A stretch of DNA of 64,000 nt from Bdellovibrionota bacterium (GCA_044356215.1 JBIKWQ010000002.1:1-64000); one strand, 5' to 3'; shown: positions 1 to 8,869, counted from the first letter of the stretch. Notes: a model not told the origin generated them from the letters alone. Numbers and translations: made by a program.

Positions 1-97
1 CTCGGGTGGTCGGGGACGGGCTGGGACTGCGACACCTGTTGATTTCAGAATAAAAAAATCCCGCCGTCACCAGCAGGATTGCAAATTCTCTCAACAT
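1..97 (-). CDS. Partial ORF of a probable third integron cassette (MLREFAILLVTAGFFYSEINRC...), running off the window edge
   Basis: ATG at 97 is preceded by GGAGG and lies just downstream of the attC R' site (GTTGAAC at 125-119); the frame is open to position 1. Confidence 0.45.
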   Translation of the reverse strand, partial: MLREFAILLVTAGFFYSEINRCRSPSPSPTTR

Positions 98-118
98 AAC
101 CTCCGCGCAAGCGGGTTA

Positions 119-177
119 GTTCAACGATCGCGTGATTTGCGCCCGACTAGGGCGTCAAATCCACGCGTTTGTTATAG
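119..177 (-). mobile_element. attC site (59 bp)
   Basis: Minus strand reads CTATAAC-AAACG-CGTGGATT-TGACGCCC-TAGTC-GGGCGCA-AATCACG-CGATC-GTTGAAC. This gives R''/L''/L'/R' boxes, 5-bp spacers and two unpaired bases (G in L'', then A). Confidence 0.9.
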
Positions 178-644
178 CCCTGTTCGAGCTCGCGGACATC
201 AATTATATCTGTTTCCCGACCGGCCATCTTCTTGTACTCAATAAGCCGATCTCGCCGAATAACTGGAACTTCAACTCCGAGTACCGTCACGCATTCGGTA
301 ATCGACAGATCCGTAGGCCAATGTATCCACGTTCCTAAACGCACATCTCGAATCAGTAGGCTATCCGCTCCACCAAGTTCAATCGCTTGGCCAAGGTATG
401 AAATGCCCAGAATTTGACAGTCGAAACACTCATTGACCGAGTGTTCAGGGCCAAAGTCGACATGCGCTTTCAGTTCATTTGCCAGCCGCGGAAGCACCGA
501 GTCGGGAACATCGATATCGATGTCATTTAACGGGCGAGAACCACCGTACGCAAGCGTTGCAAGGCCACCCACAATAACAAAGGGGATGTGGCGTTGAGTC
601 AGTTCGTTCACAATCCAAATCAGCGCGGCTTCAGAGTCGATCAT
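147..644 (-). CDS. Nucleotidyltransferase-fold protein (GG...DxD), integron cassette gene
   Basis: Motif VGGLATLAYGGSRPLNDIDIDV. Start moved to ATG 644 because the ORF-track TTG at 668 lies inside the upstream attC. The stop codon lies in the loop of the downstream attC. Confidence 0.75.
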   Translation of the reverse strand: MIDSEAALIWIVNELTQRHIPFVIVGGLATLAYGGSRPLNDIDIDVPDSVLPRLANELKAHVDFGPEHSVNECFDCQILGISYLGQAIELGGADSLLIRDVRLGTWIHWPTDLSITECVTVLGVEVPVIRRDRLIEYKKMAGRETDIIDVRELEQGYNKRVDLTP

Positions 645-655
645 TGTGGGCCAAG

Positions 656-750
656 CTATAACGTTCAAATCAAAAGTTTCGCACCATTCGTAAACTTACT
701 CAAATGAAAGACGGCAACAATGCGAAATCTTTTGCATTTTATTGTTATGC
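656..750 (-). mobile_element. attC site (95 bp)
   Basis: Minus strand reads GCATAAC-AATAA-AATGCAAA-AGATTTCGCA...TGCGAAACT-TTTGATT-TGAAC-GTTATAG. It has the same unpaired-G and unpaired-A geometry as the 119-177 site. Confidence 0.88.
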
Positions 751-821
751 AATTCTACCAAGCTACATTAGAGCTCTTGATACTGTTTCCTAAAAAACTC
801 ACAACGGCAAAAAAGGCTAGT

Positions 822-1730
822 TCACTCAATAATAAGGCACGGCAATATGAAACTGCCTTTATCATTGCTGGCACTCACGGCAGCGCTAAATAATAGCAGA
901 GCATTTTCATCGGGATACCCTGCGCGGGCGGCACGAAACTCTCGGTTAATTTCTCCGATTGATACACCACTAATAACCGCGGCAGCTGTAAGAATTGCAT
1001 TTGTGGTTGGAAATCCGCCACTTGCTTGTGCGAATATTGCATTTACCTCGTCGATTGACTTGCCGGCTCCCGCTGCACAAACAGCTAAAAGGGCATTTTC
1101 ATCGGGATATCCTGCACGGGCGGCACGAAAATCTCGGTTGATTTTTTGAATGGACACACCGCTAATAAGAGCTCCTGCTGTCAGGATCGCATTTGTGGAT
1201 GGAAATTTACCCTCTGCTTGCGCAAAAGTTGCATTTACCTCGGTGATCGGCTTTCCAGTTTCTGCTGCACAAACAGCTAAAAGTGCATTCTCATCGGGAA
1301 ATCCAGCACCGGCAGCATGAAATTCTTGATTGATTTTTTGAATGGACACACCGCTAATAAGAGCTCCTGCTGTCAGGATCGCATTTGTGGATGGAAATTT
1401 GCCCTCTGCCTGTGTGTATTTTTCGTTAGCTTCAGTGATCGGAGTATTGGAGAGACAAGAAGCCGAGGCTAAACAAGCATTCTCATGGGGGAACCTGGTT
1501 TCGGCTTTAGCGAAGGCGTCATTTGCTTTGCTGAGCGCCAGCCCAAGCGGCGAATTGTCAGGAACTGGCAAGGCAACTGGCGGTTGGCATCCGGTTAGCA
1601 TCACCAAAGAAGGAAGGGCCATAAGTTCAAACATGCTTGTCAGCATACTGCGCCTTGAAAGTCTCTCACTGGATGATAGATTTGTTGTTGTAGGATCGAC
1701 TTTAAGTCTAATATCGTCGGCCGTTTTCAT
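822..1730 (-). CDS. Putative Tat-exported lipoprotein with seven 32-aa repeats, integron cassette gene
   Basis: SRRSML twin-arginine-like motif and LTGC lipobox. Repeat pattern is N..F..A...FP..NA.L; a DNA repeat with 192-bp period is visible at 1141 and 1333. Purine-rich RBS before ATG 1730. Confidence 0.7.
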   Translation of the reverse strand: MKTADDIRLKVDPTTTNLSSSERLSRRSMLTSMFELMALPSLVMLTGCQPPVALPVPDNSPLGLALSKANDAFAKAETRFPHENACLASASCLSNTPITEANEKYTQAEGKFPSTNAILTAGALISGVSIQKINQEFHAAGAGFPDENALLAVCAAETGKPITEVNATFAQAEGKFPSTNAILTAGALISGVSIQKINRDFRAARAGYPDENALLAVCAAGAGKSIDEVNAIFAQASGGFPTTNAILTAAAVISGVSIGEINREFRAARAGYPDENALLLFSAAVSASNDKGSFILPCLIIE

Positions 1731-1790
1731 TCTGGAACCCCTCTTCCTATAGTCTTTAGTGATATTACGCCAGGGCAAAAATCAAATGTT

Positions 1791-1812
1791 GCATAACAGT
1801 ATTATTTACCCG
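1791..1812 (-). mobile_element. First-cassette core site (G/TTATGC), candidate attI
   Basis: GTTATGC at 1797-1791 is complementary to R'' GCATAAC of the 656-750 attC. No attC hairpin was found upstream. Confidence 0.55.
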
Positions 1813-2027
1813 TTCTTCTCAGCACTCTACCTCGTCCTGCAGATCCTAAACAACACTTCAAAGCTCCTAGATATACAGCAGTGTATTATACCCTATTTAC
1901 AGCCTATTAGGCTTTATTGAGCTGGAGATCTACCTGTTAACCTTAATCGCCTCCCTGTAGATCCACCCTAAAAAAATCTTGGGTAGATCCGCAGTTCGGC
2001 TGTTCCAGAGCTCAACTTTTGTCCTGG

Positions 2028-2119
2028 CTCTTCGATGATCTCTCGGTGCAGCCTGGGTGATCACCACATGAGGCACAGGACTGCCGAGCAATAGAATCCA
2101 CTTGAGGAGAATTATCCTA
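2028..2119 (+). pseudogene. Possible decayed integron-integrase N-terminus
   Basis: With two frameshifts and one stop it reads LFDDLSVQ/LGDHHMRHRTAEQ*NP/LRRIIL, matching the spacing of the IntI N-terminal LLD.....IR..HYS.RTE..Y..WIRRFIL pattern. It is divergent from the cassettes. Confidence 0.3.
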
Positions 2120-2165
2120 AAACGGCAGATAAGGCTGATGGAAATGCAGCAGCATCATCGCCGCT

Positions 2166-2687
2166 TTAGCCCCTTACTTTCACCAGATACTTATTCAGCG
2201 ACAAAAGAAACGGCCTGAACTCTTGCATGTACCTCTCTACCTCACGCGGCTTATATCCACTCGAAGTAATCAGCGCGTTCTCTTCATCTGAACACCTCCG
2301 CTGGATCGGCACCGCGATATCTGTCGAGTTAAGACCATCCCAAGCAGCGATCGGAAGGACCTCTTGAAGCCCGCTGTCCCACGACGCGTCGAGATCAATC
2401 CAGACACCTGTCTCTGGAATAAATACACGCAGCCACTGATGCCACTCCTCGTCATTTGGAAGCAGATCGATCAGCTCAACAGGTAGGTTTAATTGTCGCC
2501 AAGAGAAGGTGCCGTAAGCAAAAATACTCCCGATTCCTAACGACGCGAGCCTCCTCTGGAGCATGAAGCTTTTCGTAGCGCAGCTCGCGTCAGCCTCACC
2601 ATCAGTGGCGATATGATAAGGGATATCTCGTACCTCTTTGAATAAGTGCTGACGCTTTTGGATGGTATTCATAAATTCTTTGCACAT
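2166..2687 (-). CDS. Transglutaminase-like (Cys-His-Asp) protein
   Basis: VRDIPY, SCATKS...LGI, HQWL and WIDLDASW motifs. Confidence 0.7.
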   Translation of the reverse strand: MCKEFMNTIQKRQHLFKEVRDIPYHIATDGEADASCATKSFMLQRRLASLGIGSIFAYGTFSWRQLNLPVELIDLLPNDEEWHQWLRVFIPETGVWIDLDASWDSGLQEVLPIAAWDGLNSTDIAVPIQRRCSDEENALITSSGYKPREVERYMQEFRPFLLSLNKYLVKVRG

Positions 2688-2798
2688 GACACTTAATCCG
2701 CTCAGGAAACAGCTGGCTGTGATGATTCAGCTACAACTTAATCATGTAGAATTTGGTGTCTACCGTCATCACTGGGAATTTTTCAGGCAATACTCCTT

Positions 2799-3056
2799 TA
2801 GGGAAGGCCGGCAAAACCCCTCCCTACTGCGAAAGCGGATCTTGAGGTGCTCTTCGAGTTTTCGAGATGGGAAAAAATCCTCAATGTATCACAGGGGATA
2901 CACTTCCGGCCTTCGCTAAAGCTACGGCCGGCGAGGCTTTTGTCGGACCAGACGTAGCCTTGGCGTAGTCTGGTGCGGTTTTTTCCCATCTCGAAAATCG
3001 AATATCAACTCAACCTCCACTTTCTCGCTACGGGTAGGTTTTGCCGGCCTTCCTTA
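2799..3056 (+). mobile_element. Palindromic MITE-like element, copy 1 (with nested insert)
   Basis: Terminal IR TAGGGAAGGCCGGCAAAA...TTTTGCCGGCCTTCCTTA; homologous to copies at 9713, 42987 and 51683. Confidence 0.9.
2905..2973. repeat. Nested REP-like doublet inside MITE copy 1
   Basis: CCGGCCTTCGCTAAAGCTACGGCCGG...CCAGACGTAGCCTTGGCGTAGTCTGG; absent from copies 3 and 4 at the same position. Confidence 0.85.
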
Positions 3057-3176
3057 GTAATGTGGGAGAGACTACCCCTTCCAAGGTGGCGACCGCAAGA
3101 TATCAGACCGCAATAAATTCGGATGATTAGCATCACGCAATAGCTCGATCGACCGCGCCGTGATACCCTGCTTGAT

Positions 3177-3608
3177 ATGTCCGCCAAAGGTAAGGTTAAT
3201 ATCCCGGAAGGGGAGATTGAGTTCCGTTTCTCTAGGGCCGGCGGTCCGGGAGGCCAAAACGTAAATAAAGTAGAGACGAAGGTCTTGGTGGTTTTTGATT
3301 ACGTAAACTCCAACTGTCTAAGCTGGGAGCAGAAGGGGCGGATAGGAGCTAATAAGGCGGTGAGGTCGCGGCTGGATGCTGAAGGGAAGATCTCCATCTC
3401 AAGTCAAGAGCATCGCACACAGGCTTTAAATCGTGAGGCAGCGATTAAGAAGCTCCATGAGCTGATCAATTTAGCTCTGTTTATCCCTAAGAAGCGCATT
3501 CCAACCAAGAAAACTCGCTCAAGCCAACGTAAGCGAGTTGAAAGCAAACGTGTTCGTGGCGCTACTAAATCTGTAAGAGGAAGAGTTCGAGAAATTGATC
3601 AAGAGTAG
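3177..3608 (+). CDS. arfB: Alternative ribosome rescue peptidyl-tRNA hydrolase ArfB
   Basis: GPGGQNVNKV motif, RTQALNRE, basic C-terminal tail. Confidence 0.93.
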   Translation: MSAKGKVNIPEGEIEFRFSRAGGPGGQNVNKVETKVLVVFDYVNSNCLSWEQKGRIGANKAVRSRLDAEGKISISSQEHRTQALNREAAIKKLHELINLALFIPKKRIPTKKTRSSQRKRVESKRVRGATKSVRGRVREIDQE

Positions 3609-3611
3609 GGG

Positions 3612-4175
3612 TTAACTCATAGCTCCGCGGCTGTTTGCTTCAAGCCGGTTTTTGCGACTCTCCTTATCTTTTTTCTGTTTATCGGCGGCGTCCTGCGCTT
3701 GATCGTTATTTTCTAAGTTTGGCCTGCTCTGATTCTTCTGCTGTGTCGGCAAAGGGCCGGCGTCACGCATTCCAAATAATCTCAAGATGAAACGCTCTAT
3801 TAGTTTTAAAATATTACCGATGAAAGCGATTAGCTTATTCATTAAGCCACCGTCGTATCGGTAAAAAGGATTCTTAAACACTCCGATCTTGCCGCTCTCA
3901 GGTGATTTGGATGCCCCTGTTCGGCTACGACTGTTGCTCAACGTCACAGTGCCTACGTCAGCACCGTTTGATCGGCTGCGCACTCCTCTAGCGGTGGGAG
4001 GTTGAGGAACCCGGGTCACGCTGGGATCCGAGATCGACAGGTCCGTTAGGTCCTGATTGTTAGCTGGAGTGAGTTCTCCTGGCGATAGATCGGGCTTCTT
4101 CACCGCAGAGAGTTCCGAGAGGTCTATTACCTCCGCGGCATTTCCACTCTGAACTTTTCTCTCTATGTCTGACAT
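3612..4175 (-). CDS. Hypothetical protein, mostly disordered with one amphipathic helix
   Basis: 187-aa ATG ORF filling the intergenic space. Confidence 0.6.
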   Translation of the reverse strand: MSDIERKVQSGNAAEVIDLSELSAVKKPDLSPGELTPANNQDLTDLSISDPSVTRVPQPPTARGVRSRSNGADVGTVTLSNSRSRTGASKSPESGKIGVFKNPFYRYDGGLMNKLIAFIGNILKLIERFILRLFGMRDAGPLPTQQKNQSRPNLENNDQAQDAADKQKKDKESRKNRLEANSRGAMS

Positions 4176-4376
4176 TCTATAAAAACCAAGGCTATCACAG
4201 TAAGTTATGGCCGTCTCTCGGAAAAATGTAGCTTAAGGCGTGGACTGCTAGGTCTGGTGCTATAAACCCTGGCGGGAGATAACTAGCCGAAATGTGTGGA
4301 GCTTTTACCCGAGATTGTGTACAAAACACAGATGTTCGTTCCGGTTTAAGCACTTAAAGATAATTGGTTTCGCGTC

Positions 4377-5378
4377 ATGCTTAGAGCTCTCTTCATATCG
4401 ATCGTCGCGATAATTGTGTCGGGCTGTAACTCAAGCGACATAAAAGAGGCGATTAATATCGTCGATGGTGTCCCCCGAAAAAAAATCGACACAGACATCC
4501 TTGGGGTTAACGCGTTCGCGAATGATGGTCGGTTCGGCTCCGCGACTTCCCAGTTTTCTGAGGTGGCATCAACTCTACGTCTTAGATTCGTAAGAGTCCT
4601 GATCCAGTGGGACTCTAATGTTCAACCGAGCCCAGGAGAAGCGCCGAACTTCGGCTTTTACGATTCAGTGATTAGCGCGCTACCAACGGGGGTTGATGCG
4701 CTTCTAGTTCTCAACGGCACTCCAACTTGGATGAGCGACTCGGCAAACTGGATCGGAGGAGATCCGCGTCGCACCTTTATTGAGCGGTGGGTCGCTCCAG
4801 CTGTGAGTCGCTACGGAGGTAATGGCAGAGTAATAGGCTTTCAGGTAGGTAATGAACCTAACCAGAACAATCGTGATAATCAGAATTTGGGATTAGTTAG
4901 TGATGCGGCAGCCTACGTCGACCTCCTGAAGATGAGTCACGCTGTAATTGAATCAATCGCTCCGGCAAAGTTAGTGGTCACGGCGGCAACTACGGCGATC
5001 AATCAAAACTTTCCAGGGAGCCTTGATTATAACCGAGCTATGCGCGATGCCGGCGCGCAAGATTACTCGGATATTTGGGCGATCCATTATTACGGTAAGC
5101 AGTACGAGAACCTAATTCGCCCAGGGGGCGTTCGTGATTTCGCGAATGGGTTAGCTAAACCGATCTGGGTCACTGAGAGTGGAGCGCAGGGTGTAAACAA
5201 ACAGCTGGCGTATGGTGAGGAGGTTTGGCCGTACTTGCGCGAGAAGATCCCTGGAATACAGAGGATCTATCAGTATCAGTTTACAGAGGCCACGCCACCA
5301 GAGTCGACCTATGGCTTAAGGAATCTATCGAGTGATATGGCGCTTTCTGACCTGTATGTCTGGTTGCGGGATCGGTAG
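4377..5378 (+). CDS. Clan GH-A glycoside hydrolase lipoprotein (GH5/GH39-like)
   Basis: Lipobox VSGC; acid/base motif GNEPN and nucleophile motif WVTESG. Confidence 0.8.
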   Translation: MLRALFISIVAIIVSGCNSSDIKEAINIVDGVPRKKIDTDILGVNAFANDGRFGSATSQFSEVASTLRLRFVRVLIQWDSNVQPSPGEAPNFGFYDSVISALPTGVDALLVLNGTPTWMSDSANWIGGDPRRTFIERWVAPAVSRYGGNGRVIGFQVGNEPNQNNRDNQNLGLVSDAAAYVDLLKMSHAVIESIAPAKLVVTAATTAINQNFPGSLDYNRAMRDAGAQDYSDIWAIHYYGKQYENLIRPGGVRDFANGLAKPIWVTESGAQGVNKQLAYGEEVWPYLREKIPGIQRIYQYQFTEATPPESTYGLRNLSSDMALSDLYVWLRDR

Positions 5379-5406
5379 AAGTTGGTCAGTATACCGTGAT
5401 AAAATT

Positions 5407-6603
5407 GTGTCCGCGCAGAGTAGTTCAAATTCCCAAGAAGACATCGCAGCTAAGACCCTAGCGCTAGAGCGTTATCGTGCAATTACAACTGGATTATACG
5501 AGTCGGTACAGAACGTTTTTTTGCTGCTTATATTGGTACGCTGGTTTAATGGGGGGAGCTTCGAGAAGTCGATAGTCGCCTCGGCCCCTCAGATGGGGCT
5601 ACTTTTTGCCCCAGCGGTGATTTTTCTCACGCGAGTATCGCGGGCTACCGTAGCGCAAGGCGCGGCGTTTCTCTTCGGCTGCGCGGCCGTGTCGATGGTC
5701 GTGGCCTCGGTTGTTCAATCCGGCTTTCTGTTCGCTACCTCCGCTACCTTAGCGGTTGTTTTATGCGCCGCGACTACTCCGCTATTCACGACTATTTATA
5801 CACTGAACTATTCAGCGACGACGCGTGGCCGAGACTTCGCCCGGTCAAACATAATCCGTGTTGGGTCGAGTATCCTATTCGCCTCCGCCGCGGGTTGGTT
5901 TCTTTCGGGTAATATTGAGCGCTACCCATATCTTTTAGGCATCGTAGCGGCAGCTATGGCTGGCGCGGCGTTTTTCTCCTCGCGTCTGCCGGTCAAAGTA
6001 GGAATCTCGGAGTCTCGGTCGATCTTCTCCTGCTTTCGATACCTAAAGACCGACGAGGTTCTGCGGGGAACGACGATAGCGTGGATGTTCCTGGGGTTCG
6101 CTTTTTTAATGATGGTGCCACTGCGGGTGGAGTATCTGGCTCACGAGAGATATGGACTGAAGCTTTCAGAGGGGGAGGTGGCGTTTATTCTCTCGGTTGT
6201 CCCGAATCTGTCGCGACTACTAAGTAACCCTTTCTGGGGGCGAGTGTTCGACCGAGTCGATTTCTTCACCTTGAGGATAATTCTAAATGTAACTTTCTTA
6301 ATCGGCATGTTGGGCTTTTTTGCCACTGACTCCTGGCCCCTACTGATAATCTCAGCGGCGATCTTCGGTATCGGGACGTCGGGAGGTGATCTGGCCTGGA
6401 ATCTTTGGGTAACCAAGTTCGCGCCGGCGGATCGGGTTTCGGATTACATGGCGGTACACGTTTTTTTCACCGGAATTCGTGGGGTTTTGGCGCCTCCCGT
6501 AGGATTCCTTTTGGCTCGATATCTGAGTCTTCAACAGATGAGCTTCCTTAGCGCGGGAATGATGGTAGTGTCGATTTTCTTGATTAGTCGGATGAAGCGA
6601 TAG
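5407..6603 (+). CDS. MFS transporter
   Basis: About 12 hydrophobic segments and WGRVFDRV (motif-A-like); start uncertain. Confidence 0.8.
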   Translation: MSAQSSSNSQEDIAAKTLALERYRAITTGLYESVQNVFLLLILVRWFNGGSFEKSIVASAPQMGLLFAPAVIFLTRVSRATVAQGAAFLFGCAAVSMVVASVVQSGFLFATSATLAVVLCAATTPLFTTIYTLNYSATTRGRDFARSNIIRVGSSILFASAAGWFLSGNIERYPYLLGIVAAAMAGAAFFSSRLPVKVGISESRSIFSCFRYLKTDEVLRGTTIAWMFLGFAFLMMVPLRVEYLAHERYGLKLSEGEVAFILSVVPNLSRLLSNPFWGRVFDRVDFFTLRIILNVTFLIGMLGFFATDSWPLLIISAAIFGIGTSGGDLAWNLWVTKFAPADRVSDYMAVHVFFTGIRGVLAPPVGFLLARYLSLQQMSFLSAGMMVVSIFLISRMKR

Positions 6604-6744
6604 GACGTTGAAAACTAAAAACCGGAGCCCGCATGCTTGCTTGATATTTGTGGCCGCCCAAGTGTTGACGTTTGGGTCAATCTCCTATAAACACGTTGCG
6701 AATTTGGTACTCTGGTTAATCGCGTTAGTAGGAGAAAAACGACG

Positions 6745-8214
6745 TTGGGAAAGATATCTTTTCGAGGCAAGATCCTCGTTATCGGTTGTGGTTCAGTAGC
6801 GCAGTGCACGCTTCCCATTCTTTTTGAGCAGTTTGATATAACTCCGAGTCAAGTCACGGTTATAGATTTCGTTGATAATCGTTCGCGCATCAAGTCACTT
6901 ATCAAGAGTGGTGTGACCTATCGTCAAGAGAAGATCACACCAAAGAATTACACGCAGATCTTGAGCAGCCATCTCTCAGTGGGAGATGTGTTGATCGACC
7001 TCGGTTGGAACATAGAGACGATAGCGCTACTTGAGTGGTGCCGTGAAAACAGTGTTCTTTTCGTTAATACATCAGTAGAGACTTGGGATCCCTACGTTCA
7101 GGAAGAGCGCCGCGACCCTCGTGACCATACCCTGTACGTGAGGCAGATGGCTTTGATGGATATGGTCAAGAAGTGGGGAGATAACAAAGGCCCAACAGCG
7201 ATAGTTGATCACGGAGCTAATCCAGGTCTTGTTTCTCATTTTACCAAGCATGCGCTTAAGCAAATTGGCGAGAAGATCGTTACAAGTAAGCCAAGTGATG
7301 CACGCGTAAAAGCCTTAGAGAAGGCGTTAGCGGATCGCGACTTCAAGAACCTGGCTCATCTAGCGGGCGTGAAAGTGATTCATATCAGTGAGCGCGACAC
7401 ACAGGTCGCGTCACAGCCAAAGCGCGTTAATGAGTTCGTTAATACATGGAGTATCGAGGGGCTCTACGAAGAAGGCGTTGCTCCTGCTGAGATGGGGTGG
7501 GGAACGCATGAGCGTGCGCTTCCGCCGGGAGCCGCGATATTTGAGAATGGACCAAGGAACGAGATCTGCCTCTCCTCACTCGGAGTGAACACGATGGTTC
7601 GCTCTTGGGTTCCAAGCGGGCCGATTGTTGGAATGGTTATTAGACACGGAGAGGCTTTTGGAATCTCTGACCGCTTAACTGTTTGGGAAGGTGACAAAGC
7701 GGTTTATCGTCCGACTGTTCATTACGTATATTCTCCATGTGACGCGGCTATAGCATCGCTTCATGAGCTTCGCATGCGGCAGTATGACCTGCAAAATAAT
7801 CTACGCATCATGAGCGATGAGATCATAGATGGTTGGGATGAGTTGGGTGTTCTGGTCATGGGACATGACTTTAACTCTTGGTGGACCGGAACGGTGCTAG
7901 ATATTCATAAAGCGAGAGACCTTGTGCCAAATCAGAACGCCACGACGGTGCAGGTAGCAGTGTCAGTGGTGGCGGCAGTTCAATACATGCTAAAGCATCC
8001 TAACGAGGGCTTCTGTCTGCCCGATGATATCGATGAGAGAGAGATCTTAGAGGCGGCTAAGCCATATCTTGGAAAGTTTGTTTCCGAGCAGACCGAGTGG
8101 AATCCACTTAGGTCGCTTGATATGTCGTACACCGCATATGGACGTCCGCGTCCATCACAAGAAGACGAGTGGCAATTCGGGACCTTTAGCCTTGGGGCGG
8201 GGATTTTGGGGTAG
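6745..8214 (+). CDS. hss: Homospermidine synthase
   Basis: IGCGSV Rossmann motif, HGANPGLVSHF, HISERD, FVNTWSIEG, QNATTVQV. Confidence 0.92.
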   Translation: MGKISFRGKILVIGCGSVAQCTLPILFEQFDITPSQVTVIDFVDNRSRIKSLIKSGVTYRQEKITPKNYTQILSSHLSVGDVLIDLGWNIETIALLEWCRENSVLFVNTSVETWDPYVQEERRDPRDHTLYVRQMALMDMVKKWGDNKGPTAIVDHGANPGLVSHFTKHALKQIGEKIVTSKPSDARVKALEKALADRDFKNLAHLAGVKVIHISERDTQVASQPKRVNEFVNTWSIEGLYEEGVAPAEMGWGTHERALPPGAAIFENGPRNEICLSSLGVNTMVRSWVPSGPIVGMVIRHGEAFGISDRLTVWEGDKAVYRPTVHYVYSPCDAAIASLHELRMRQYDLQNNLRIMSDEIIDGWDELGVLVMGHDFNSWWTGTVLDIHKARDLVPNQNATTVQVAVSVVAAVQYMLKHPNEGFCLPDDIDEREILEAAKPYLGKFVSEQTEWNPLRSLDMSYTAYGRPRPSQEDEWQFGTFSLGAGILG

Positions 8215-8869
8215 GTGAAAACTCCCCCGGTTCCCCTATAATAACATCCGCCCCAGCCCGCTCCAGTATCTCCCTTGGCCGGAATCCCCAGAGCACTCCT
8301 ACAGCTTTCATTCCCGCGCGTTTTGCTGTCTCGATATCGATCTCGGAGTCTCCGACAAAGATACATTCGCTCGGAGCTACGTTGAGCTGGTTAGCTACCT
8401 TTAGAGCAGCGTCCGGAGCCGGCTTAATTGGAGTTCCGGCGCGTTCGCCTCGAACCTCCCCGAATGGGGTATTGGGAAAGAACCATGACACGCATTTTTT
8501 TGTAAAGTCATCGCGCTTGTTAGAGAGGACCGCAATTTTAAAACCGTTGCTGATTATTTTGTCCAGCAGCTCAGGAATTCCCGCGTATATGCAGGTCTCT
8601 TTGTTCCAATTCGCGGAGTAGAGCTTGCGATACTCTTCAATAAGTTCCGAGAGCTGTTCAGTGGAGATCTCTCTATCAGGCATGATCTTTTGTACAAGAT
8701 TTGAGATCCCATCACCTACTAGCTCCTTATATCGCTCTGTCGGAAGCGCAGCGTATCCGTGGTTCTGAAGAACTGAGTTAGCACAGAAAGCTATATCGCT
8801 GATTGAGTTTATGAGCGTTCCATCAAGGTCGAATATAACTGCTTTGTAGTTTGGGGGGTGGATTGTCAT
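8186..8869 (-). CDS. HAD-family phosphatase (phosphoglycolate phosphatase-like)
   Basis: FDLDGTL, SNK, KPAP and VGDSEID motifs. Confidence 0.88.
   Translation of the reverse strand: MTIHPPNYKAVIFDLDGTLINSISDIAFCANSVLQNHGYAALPTERYKELVGDGISNLVQKIMPDREISTEQLSELIEEYRKLYSANWNKETCIYAGIPELLDKIISNGFKIAVLSNKRDDFTKKCVSWFFPNTPFGEVRGERAGTPIKPAPDAALKVANQLNVAPSECIFVGDSEIDIETAKRAGMKAVGVLWGFRPREILERAGADVIIGEPGEFSPTPKSPPQG

Noticed and set aside
645..668. TTG start at 668 for the NTase gene
   Set aside because: It lies within the upstream attC, outside the cassette boundary at 661.
1787..1812. dif-like appearance (GCATAA-cagta-TTATTT)
   Set aside because: The spacer is 5 bp rather than 6 and the XerD arm does not match; it is better explained as the cassette core site.
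2166..2687. Transglutaminase-like gene as a further integron cassette
   Set aside because: No RYYYAAC...GTT hairpin was found between its stop and position 1797.
2662..3187. Short ORFs 2662-2919, 2798-2989 and 3005-3187, and similar ones at 9605-10007 and 51591-51872
   Set aside because: They are translations of the repeated palindromic element, with near-identical peptides at each copy, not independent genes.
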